The notes below the pieces were generated by a model that made no database searches, had not been told where the DNA came from, and saw only the letters and a program-made list of their open reading frames with translations. This document shows positions 17,095 to 24,000 of a stretch of DNA of 24,000 nt, in pieces. Location of the stretch: the NCBI GenBank assembly GCA_027037055.1, contig JALWBR010000018.1, forward strand, positions 13,923 through 37,922, read 5' to 3'. The translations under genes and the position numbers were made by a program. The DNA is from Aquificales bacterium. Lineage in GTDB: Bacteria > Aquificota > Aquificia > Aquificales > Aquificaceae. Each line of letters starts with the position of its first letter. Positions within the stretch are counted from its first letter, which is position 1.

Positions 17095-17471
17095 CTTCTA
17101 CCCTCCTTGATCACATTTTCCAATTTCCTCAAATATCCCGTTGCCATCTTCATATAAGTTTCATAAGCCAATCTGTTTTTTACCATCTTTGCCATCTCCT
17201 CTTCTATACTCACATTATTTCTATCGTTACCTACAAGGCCCCTGTTAATCTCAATAACTTTAAAACTACTTCCCTCACCTGACCCGTCCAAGTGCTTCGC
17301 CCTTGTTTTTTTCAATTTAAGTACTTTTCCCAATTCTCTGCGGAATATAACATCCTTTGCCCTGTAACCCGGCGTATCCGCATTGGCTATATTGCTGAGT
17401 ATAACCTTATGCCTTAACCATGTATAATTTAAAAAGGGTTTAAGCTCGTCCGCCCCTTTAAATATGTCCAT
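17091..17471 (-). CDS. flgB: Flagellar basal-body rod protein FlgB
   Basis: 'RHKVILSNIANADTPGYRAKDVIFR', 'NNVSIEEEMAKMVKNRLAYETYMKM'. Confidence 0.94.
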   Translation of the reverse strand: MDIFKGADELKPFLNYTWLRHKVILSNIANADTPGYRAKDVIFRRELGKVLKLKKTRAKHLDGSGEGSSFKVIEINRGLVGNDRNNVSIEEEMAKMVKNRLAYETYMKMATGYLRKLENVIKEGRR

Positions 17472-17474
17472 AAT

Positions 17475-19253
17475 TTACCCCCACAAGGCTTTTATAGCCT
17501 CACTCCATATATTATTAGTCTCCGAAGCCTTTTTGACAACCCATTTTAAAAGTTCCTTGTCCTTTCTTATCTCACCTATCCTACCCATCTGAAATATAGC
17601 CCACCAGAAATAGGGATCCCTATTATCACCCTTATGTTCAATAAACTTTCTGTAATATTTTTCCGCCTCCGCGTATTTTTTCATATCAAAATATTTATCC
17701 CCCAACCTCAACAAAGCATATTCCTTCATAAAATCCATTCCTTTTACCTTCTCCGCCTCCTTAAGGAATGCCTTATAGCTCTTTAGGTCATCACCTATGT
17801 AAGCAACAAGAAATAATGCCCTCACCTTATGGGTACCATCTATACCCTTGATAGATGCCTTTAACAGCCTAAGACTCCTCTTTCTATCACCTTTAAGAAA
17901 TGCATAAATACCTTCTATATAGCTCCTTAAATATTTGTTACTCAACTCTTTTGATAGTGAAACAGCCTCCTCATCACCCGTATTAAGTAGTGCAAGAACG
18001 GTTATCTCTTTCTGTTTATCCTTCCAGAATATTTCCTTAACATTGTTTCTATTAGTCTTGTAAAGATCAACTATCAATAAGCTATCTTTACGAGGAGATA
18101 GGGACTCATAAACACCATGAAGCAATCGGATTTCCTTTGTTTTATTAGCTATGTCTTCCCTGTAAACATTTTTAACCTTTAAAACCTCCCTATCCCCTTC
18201 ATCAATATGTTTTTCTTTAAGGATCAGGTAATAAATGCCGAGAAGGGGAAGTATGCTTCTTTTCTCCTCTATATTAAGCCATACTATATCCCTAAGTTTT
18301 GACCTGTAATCCTTAAAAAACTCATTGTAGGTTTGAAGAAAATCGTAATACATCCATAAAGAGGAAAATATGGCTTGGGCTGTTTTACTTGATAGAAGCG
18401 TGTTTTCATCCGCATACTTCTTTATTTTCTCAAAGGCATCCTTGTAATTTTTATTATCCAGATATATAAAAATTAAATACATATTTATCTTGTCCGTATA
18501 TTCACCGTAATAATCCTTCCTTGACGCTATTTCCAAATAAAGGGTCGCCTTTTTTATATCACCCGTTCTGTAGTAAGAGGCTCCGAGTCTGTATAAAAAA
18601 GCGGGATCATTCTCAAGATACGGGTTTATGCTTCTTGCAATGGAAAGATACTCCACAGCCTTTTTATACTCTTCAATATTGAACATAAAATAGCCGAGAA
18701 CCGTGTAGTAAAGATCCTTTATATCTTTAATATCTTCCTCTTTAAGTCTGAGTACCCGGGTGTATCCTTCCATACTGTCCATAACCGCGGAAGAGAGGGC
18801 AAACTTAATGAGATATTTGGGACTTCCTTTCTCCTTGTAAAGGGTGTCGTAAACAGCTTTGGCTTTCTCATACCAGCCTATCATGTAGTAGCAGTCTCCC
18901 AAAAACTCCCTTTGTAGCAAGGGAAATCTCGGAGTCTTATATTCATAAAAATATTTATTTAAAAAGGCAATGGCGGATCTTATACCGCTCCTGTGACCGG
19001 TGGAATAAAAATATAGGGCGTAGGCTTTTCCCAAATAAAGGTAGGATAGTTCTCCGTAATAGCTTTCCGGAGCAGTGGAATATAGGGAAGAAAAGATATT
19101 TATAGCGCCTATGTAGTCTCCGACTGACAGGCTTTTAACCCCATCATTAAAAAGGGCTTTAAGATTCTCCTTCCCCCTAAGCTCACTATTAAAGGAGTAG
19201 GCTGAAATCAGTACTATCAGAAACAGAGGAAGTCTTCTTACCAGCGATTTCAT
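17475..19253 (-). CDS. Secreted TPR-containing protein of unknown function (592 aa)
   Basis: Signal-like 'MKSLVRRLPLFLIVLISAYSF' then TPR-like repeats ('FLYRLGASYYRTGDIKKATLYLEIA', 'ALLRLGDKYFDMKKYAEAEKYYRKF'). Confidence 0.75.
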   Translation of the reverse strand: MKSLVRRLPLFLIVLISAYSFNSELRGKENLKALFNDGVKSLSVGDYIGAINIFSSLYSTAPESYYGELSYLYLGKAYALYFYSTGHRSGIRSAIAFLNKYFYEYKTPRFPLLQREFLGDCYYMIGWYEKAKAVYDTLYKEKGSPKYLIKFALSSAVMDSMEGYTRVLRLKEEDIKDIKDLYYTVLGYFMFNIEEYKKAVEYLSIARSINPYLENDPAFLYRLGASYYRTGDIKKATLYLEIASRKDYYGEYTDKINMYLIFIYLDNKNYKDAFEKIKKYADENTLLSSKTAQAIFSSLWMYYDFLQTYNEFFKDYRSKLRDIVWLNIEEKRSILPLLGIYYLILKEKHIDEGDREVLKVKNVYREDIANKTKEIRLLHGVYESLSPRKDSLLIVDLYKTNRNNVKEIFWKDKQKEITVLALLNTGDEEAVSLSKELSNKYLRSYIEGIYAFLKGDRKRSLRLLKASIKGIDGTHKVRALFLVAYIGDDLKSYKAFLKEAEKVKGMDFMKEYALLRLGDKYFDMKKYAEAEKYYRKFIEHKGDNRDPYFWWAIFQMGRIGEIRKDKELLKWVVKKASETNNIWSEAIKALWG

Positions 19254-20499
19254 GCCTTATACTCTCTCTATCCCTGTCTCCCTTTTTATTGTAATTTAAC
19301 GGTTTTTCGGACTTTGATATAATCTGCCATCCGTTAACACTTAGCATCTCAAGATCAAATCCTATGATATGAAGCCTTTCCGAGAGCCTTATCTTATCAA
19401 GAAAAGATATATTCTCAGGAACAAGATTTTCAGATCTAACAGATACAGACAGCTTTTCCCTCTCAACCCTTAAGACTATGTTTATATCCTCAGTCTTCAA
19501 ATGAACCCTCTTCGGCTTTGAAATGTTGTTTGTTTCATATTCAGAAATGTCTATAGTTTGCCTTACCTCCGCCACATCCTCAAACTGTTTTATTTCCTCC
19601 TTCCCGCCTCCTGTCTTATGAAGATGATAAACATCCCTTATATCCTCTCTCTTAACAGGTCTTTCAACTTCAGCACTTACTGATTCGGTAACATAATCAC
19701 CCTTCGCATATACCTTTGTCTTCAGCTTAACATCATTAGCATTACCGCCACCATCAACGTGTTTCTTAATAAATTCCCTGGACTCTCCTTTTTCATTAAT
19801 GGGTTCCTTTTCAAATTCAAGGTGTATATTACCCTTTGCCTTACTAAAACCCTCTCTTGAGGGTGAAACCTCTCTTTTATACTCGGATTTTACATCATAA
19901 GGTTGCTTTTGAGGTAGCATATCCTCCTTTAGAAAACCTATATCCCCCTTCTCATTATTCTCTTTCTCTCCATACACTTCCCTTCTTAATATCTCCCCCT
20001 TAATTTTCTCCATTTCGTAGGGTTTAACATCCTTTACATTACTCTTAAGAGCCTCAAATACAGGCTTATCTGTTAAAGATATCTTCTGAACAGCACTTCC
20101 AATGTTCTTTTCCACCTTTTCTGTATTAACACTTAAAATTAATTCCGTCTTACCAGTTTCACTTTGAGGTTTACTTTTATTTTCTTCTGGTTTCTCGCCA
20201 TCAGTAATGTTTTCAACCTTCACATATTTAATATCACCGATAGGTAATACATTTCCTTGTAGTACATTGACGCTCTTTTTCTCTGTATCGTCCTTCTCAG
20301 AATTTACACTATCCAGTATATGCAAACCATCTCCTTTTCTCTCCTCTTTGATACCCCCCATAATCTGGGTTATAATTTCCGAAAATTCCATATACTCACC
20401 ATTTTGTTCCTCAGACTTGGGGGTTAAAAGATCTAATATATCCTCCCCCTTTTTTCCTTTTATACCCCACAAGAATACAGGTAATCCGAATCCGTTCAC
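19189..20499 (-). CDS. Divergent FliK-like (hook-length control) candidate
   Basis: Low-complexity Lys/Glu/Val-rich middle; C-terminal 'INIVLRVEREKLSVSVRSENLVPENISFLDKIRLSERLHIIGFDLEMLSVNGW' resembles the layout of the FliK C-terminal domain; flagellar gene context. Confidence 0.45.
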   Translation of the reverse strand: MNGFGLPVFLWGIKGKKGEDILDLLTPKSEEQNGEYMEFSEIITQIMGGIKEERKGDGLHILDSVNSEKDDTEKKSVNVLQGNVLPIGDIKYVKVENITDGEKPEENKSKPQSETGKTELILSVNTEKVEKNIGSAVQKISLTDKPVFEALKSNVKDVKPYEMEKIKGEILRREVYGEKENNEKGDIGFLKEDMLPQKQPYDVKSEYKREVSPSREGFSKAKGNIHLEFEKEPINEKGESREFIKKHVDGGGNANDVKLKTKVYAKGDYVTESVSAEVERPVKREDIRDVYHLHKTGGGKEEIKQFEDVAEVRQTIDISEYETNNISKPKRVHLKTEDINIVLRVEREKLSVSVRSENLVPENISFLDKIRLSERLHIIGFDLEMLSVNGWQIISKSEKPLNYNKKGDRDRESIRHEIAGKKTSSVSDSTDFSLLL

Positions 20500-22349
20500 T
20501 TAGAATAGTATATTCCTTCTTTTTTAGCTTTCAAGTACTTTGAAATTCCGTGCTGAGTCTTATACCAGTAAAAGGGTCTTTTTATAAGCTCATAAAGGGC
20601 TATGTAAGCTGATAAGGAATGAAGATACCAATAAAGAGGAATGAGTATAGAAAAAGGTAACAGGTTGTAATATCCCCTCCTCAACAAACCGATAGCATGC
20701 AAAACAATACCCATACCGTTTCCGATCACAAATGTGTATAAGGATATTGTCTTTACATCAAAGGCGGGTGATACAAATAGAGAAAAAAGCATAACAAAGG
20801 GATGGGCAAGGAATATAAAGGGAGTCCCGCCTATGAGCAGAAAGAGGGTCAATAATCCCCTCACACCCGTGTGTTTATATAGATAACCCATATTCCTTGA
20901 GTGGACAAGAAAAGTTTGCATATAACCCTTAATCCATCTGGATCTTTGCTTAATCCAGTTCTTCAAACGGGCATTTGCCTCTTCATAGGTCGTTGAGTTT
21001 ATAAATCCCACCCTGTACCCCTTAACCGCAAATCTTATTCCGAGATCTGCATCTTCCGTTGTATTAAAGGGATCCCAACCTTTTACTCCATCAAGCTTAC
21101 TCCTGTCAAAGTGATTACTTGTACCACCGAGGGGAATGGGAAATCCAAGTTTAACAAGACCCGGTATCATACAGTCAAACCAAAAGCTGTATTCAAGTGT
21201 AAATAGTTTGGTTAAAAGGTTTTCATCCCTGTTGTAGAAGTTAAGCTTGGCCTGTAAACATGCTGTATCCCCTCTACACTTTTCAAAATTAGCAAGGGCG
21301 AGCCTCAATTGATCGGGTTCCGGTATGTCTTCCGCATCGTATATCGTTACATACTTTCCCCTTGCAAAAAATAACCCGTAATTACATGCCTTAGGTTTTG
21401 TCTTAGGCATACTTGCAGGGACTATAACAAACCTCCAGTTATAAGGGGGATTATACCTTTTTGCACTTACAAGGGTCTCATAATCATCCTCTTCAAGGAT
21501 GAGTATGATGTCAAGCTTGTGTTGAGGATAATCAAGTCTCTTTAAAGCACTTATAAGATTTCCTATAACCTCCTTCTCCCTGTAAAGGGGTAAAAGTATG
21601 GTATAAACCGGATACTCATCCCTTTTATTTTCACCTATCTTTACCCTGTTTCCGCAGGAAGAAATAAGACCCGCTAAGCTTACAAAAAGTTTAAAAGCTA
21701 TGGCTGAAATGTAAAATACCTGCATTGCAATGAACATACCCGTTGAAGAACGGGAAGGATATAAAATAAGGGAAAGGATAATTAACAGGCCCACGGTAAG
21801 GAAAAACATCTTTTGTTTCTTTGAAATAACAAGGCTCGCTGATAAATTTTCACTTTCCCTTTTAAGGGAAGAAACAGCAAAATCCATAAGTTCTCTGTGA
21901 AAAACGCTTTGAATGATCCTTTGTAGATCGTTATCGGATATAAGTTTTAAATCAACACGGTTAAACACATACTTATGCTTTAGCTTCTTTGTAATAAACC
22001 TTAAGTCAAGATTTTCCCTCGGATAGGATGTTGCAACAATAAGTGTGTCATCTTCAATCCTTAAAGGTATACACTGATTATCCCATATCTCCTTCGGAGA
22101 AAATATCTTTATTAAACCGATATCCAATTCATTAATTGAGGGTGAAAAGAACCCTATACCGTATTGCTGTGATAGGGCGGTATATAACTCCCTTTTGTTT
22201 ATGTAGCCGAGAGATAGTAATATCCAGCCTATTCTACCACCGAATCTTCTCTGATAGTCAAGGGCATATTTAAGTTGTGTCTCACTTATAACACCGCTCT
22301 CAACCAGTATCTCCCCTATCCTTAAGGTGGCAGTTAAAACTCCGCCCAT
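20496..22349 (-). CDS. Membrane family-2 glycosyltransferase with N-terminal MshEN (GspE/PilB N-terminal-like) c-di-GMP-binding domain
   Basis: GT2 features 'YTILLPLYREKEVIGNLISAL', 'DAEDIPEPDQL', 'TTEDADLGIRFAVKGYR', 'QRSRW' (QxxRW), multiple TM segments; tandem MshEN motifs at the N-terminus. Confidence 0.9.
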   Translation of the reverse strand: MGGVLTATLRIGEILVESGVISETQLKYALDYQRRFGGRIGWILLSLGYINKRELYTALSQQYGIGFFSPSINELDIGLIKIFSPKEIWDNQCIPLRIEDDTLIVATSYPRENLDLRFITKKLKHKYVFNRVDLKLISDNDLQRIIQSVFHRELMDFAVSSLKRESENLSASLVISKKQKMFFLTVGLLIILSLILYPSRSSTGMFIAMQVFYISAIAFKLFVSLAGLISSCGNRVKIGENKRDEYPVYTILLPLYREKEVIGNLISALKRLDYPQHKLDIILILEEDDYETLVSAKRYNPPYNWRFVIVPASMPKTKPKACNYGLFFARGKYVTIYDAEDIPEPDQLRLALANFEKCRGDTACLQAKLNFYNRDENLLTKLFTLEYSFWFDCMIPGLVKLGFPIPLGGTSNHFDRSKLDGVKGWDPFNTTEDADLGIRFAVKGYRVGFINSTTYEEANARLKNWIKQRSRWIKGYMQTFLVHSRNMGYLYKHTGVRGLLTLFLLIGGTPFIFLAHPFVMLFSLFVSPAFDVKTISLYTFVIGNGMGIVLHAIGLLRRGYYNLLPFSILIPLYWYLHSLSAYIALYELIKRPFYWYKTQHGISKYLKAKKEGIYYSK

Positions 22350-23134
22350 AACGATAAAAACCCTCCTTCAGATTTACCCGTGTTCAAACCGTACAAGGTT
22401 TTTATAAACCCAATAAAAAGGGAGTAATTACCTGCCCTTATGCGCGGGCCTATGTAAAGATTAAGCAGTTCAAAGCTATCGGGTACAAATACATTGGGAA
22501 CTATATTAAGATTGGTTTCCGCTGTCCTTTGGAAATCAAGGGTGCCTATGAGCTGAAATCCCTTACCAATATTACCACCCAAGGTAAGATAAGAAGAAGA
22601 GATACTAAGCACCACATCTGTGTACTTTCTGTAACCGAAACCGCTATCAACAAACACCCATTTATTGGAATAACCTCCCAAAAGACCCACCTCAAAGGCG
22701 TAACTTCCGTAGCCTATAATCGGTTCAATGCTTGTGCTGTAGTTCCAAGGGATTATAAATTTTCCATAAAGGGAAAATACAAAGGGGTCGTAATAAACAA
22801 AACTGCCTATTATTCCCACCTCTATATCCTGAAGGTTTCCGTTGTATTTTTCCCCGCAGGTTATGAGGGTAAGGGGTACTTTAAATATTAAAGTGGCCCT
22901 ATCGCTCAACCCGTATTCACTGTAACCTATGAGATCATGTTTTGTATATGAACATTCAAGTTTTTTCTCTTTACCGTACTTATCAAAGTATGAGTTTGCT
23001 GTAAGAAAAAAATAGGTAAGGGAAAAGAAGTAATGGTTCTTTTTACGGAGCCATGCGGAAGCTTCCGCCTCTTTAATTGTAACAAATATAAGTAAAACTA
23101 CTATACAACGCCCGAACCCCTTCCGGCTTTTCAT
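22334..23134 (-). CDS. Probable outer-membrane beta-barrel protein of unknown function (266 aa)
   Basis: Signal-like N-terminus and alternating amphipathic beta strands with terminal aromatic 'GGFLSLWAEF'; GGAAGG-type SD upstream of ATG. Confidence 0.6.
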   Translation of the reverse strand: MKSRKGFGRCIVVLLIFVTIKEAEASAWLRKKNHYFFSLTYFFLTANSYFDKYGKEKKLECSYTKHDLIGYSEYGLSDRATLIFKVPLTLITCGEKYNGNLQDIEVGIIGSFVYYDPFVFSLYGKFIIPWNYSTSIEPIIGYGSYAFEVGLLGGYSNKWVFVDSGFGYRKYTDVVLSISSSYLTLGGNIGKGFQLIGTLDFQRTAETNLNIVPNVFVPDSFELLNLYIGPRIRAGNYSLFIGFIKTLYGLNTGKSEGGFLSLWAEF

Positions 23135-23232
23135 TTATATTACCTTCCTTATTTGAAAGTTATTTATTTCATGTTAATATATTACGGTCTTACCGAAAGG
23201 CAATATTGATTATTTCCACACTCAAAATATCT

Positions 23233-23238
23233 TAAAAT
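23233..23238 (+). promoter_or_regulatory. Putative -10 element (TAAAAT) of prfB
   Basis: TAAAAT ends 8 nt before the prfB ATG at 23247; no clear -35 at 16-18 nt and no SD. Confidence 0.35.
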
Positions 23239-23246
23239 ACTGTGTC

Positions 23247-24000
23247 ATGATTGAAACACTTGAGGAAAGGTTTGAGGAAATAAGAAAGGTAATAAATATT
23301 GATGAGCTTAAGAAGGAGCTTGCAGATCTTGATAAGAAGATGTCCGAGCCGAATTTTTGGGAAGATCAAGATAAGGCAAGGGAAGTTATAAAGAAAAGGA
23401 AATGGATAGAGGGTACACTTAAGACGGTAGAGGAGATAGAGGAATCCCTCAGGGATTTAAGGGAATTACAAGAGATGGCGGAAGAGGATCCAGAAGCACG
23501 GGAGATGTTTTTGCAAGAATTGAATTCGGTTGAAAAAAAGATAAGGGATATGGAGATAAAGACGCTCCTTTCTGAGGAGATGGATGAAAAGGATGCTTAT
23601 CTTACTGTACAGGCGGGTGCTGGAGGGACGGAAGCATGTGACTGGGCGGAGATGCTTTTAAGGATGTATATGAGGTGGGCTGAGAAACACGGATATGAAA
23701 TTGAAGTCATAGATACAACACCCGACGATGTTGCGGGTATAAAGAGTGCAACCATCCTTATAAAGGGACCTTACGCCTACGGTTATTTGAAGGGGGAAAC
23801 TGGGGTACACAGGCTTGTCAGAATTTCACCTTTTGACGCCAACGCACGGAGACACACATCCTTTGCATCCGTATCAGTAACCCCGAGGATAGATGAAAGC
23901 ATAAAGGTGGAGATAAGGGATGAAGATATAAAGATGGAAACCTTCAGGGCTTCCGGAGCGGGCGGGCAGTATGTAAACAAAACGGATACCGCGGTGAGAT
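23247..24000 (+). CDS. prfB: Peptide chain release factor 2, 3' truncated by window edge
   Basis: Reading frame absent from ORF track because it runs off the edge: [47 protein letters not shown]...[29 protein letters not shown]...[31 protein letters not shown]...[18 protein letters not shown] (RF2-type, GGQ motif). Confidence 0.95.
   Translation, partial: MIETLEERFEEIRKVINIDELKKELADLDKKMSEPNFWEDQDKAREVIKKRKWIEGTLKTVEEIEESLRDLRELQEMAEEDPEAREMFLQELNSVEKKIRDMEIKTLLSEEMDEKDAYLTVQAGAGGTEACDWAEMLLRMYMRWAEKHGYEIEVIDTTPDDVAGIKSATILIKGPYAYGYLKGETGVHRLVRISPFDANARRHTSFASVSVTPRIDESIKVEIRDEDIKMETFRASGAGGQYVNKTDTAVR

Noticed and set aside
23174-23230. Sigma54 or sigma28 promoter for the flagellar run in the 23135-23246 intergenic region
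   Set aside because: I could not find a convincing GG-N10-GC or TAAAGTTT/GCCGATAA arrangement on the minus strand; only weak sigma70-like and A/T-rich sequence.
23247-23340. Programmed +1 frameshift typical of prfB (CTTTGA near codon 25)
   Set aside because: The frame reads through the region (ATTGATGAGCTTAAGAAGGAG...) with no in-frame TGA, so no autoregulatory frameshift is needed here.
1-24000. CRISPR arrays, tRNA/rRNA genes, insertion sequences, defense islands
   Set aside because: No direct-repeat/spacer periodicity, cloverleaf-like sequence, transposase or defense proteins seen; nearly all sequence is filled by housekeeping, envelope and flagellar genes.

Overview
This is a compact, gene-dense bacterial chromosomal window, probably from a thermophile with Aquificota-like traits (the lineage is inferred). 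I see no mobile elements, CRISPR arrays, tRNAs or rRNAs. Plus-strand genes: a truncated histidine phosphatase, a giant TPR protein, ExbB/TolQ, ExbD/TolR and a YdcF-like protein; ribD; speD-purS-purQ with an ATP-dependent RNA ligase; an FAD/NAD oxidoreductase; nadD; and prfB, truncated at the right edge and missing from the ORF track. Minus-strand genes: upp; rsmD-coaD-hypothetical-DUF302; a PIN-domain 'RNA ligase partner' / HARP-type protein-only RNase P; a membrane GGDEF diguanylate cyclase; and a nine-gene run from 23134 to 14582 (outer-membrane protein, MshEN-GT2 glycosyltransferase, FliK-like, TPR, FlgB, FlgC, FliE, FliF, FliN). Best leads: (1) the convergent, overlapping RNA ligase / HARP pair; (2) a GT2 glycosyltransferase carrying a textbook tandem 24-5-24 MshEN c-di-GMP motif, encoded in the flagellar basal-body run; (3) repeated divergent gene pairs that share overlapping symmetric -10 elements 6-8 nt from start codons without Shine-Dalgarno sequences, which suggests bidirectional promoters driving leaderless mRNAs; (4) an unannotated 27-codon upstream ORF with its own strong Shine-Dalgarno that overlaps the start of speD.
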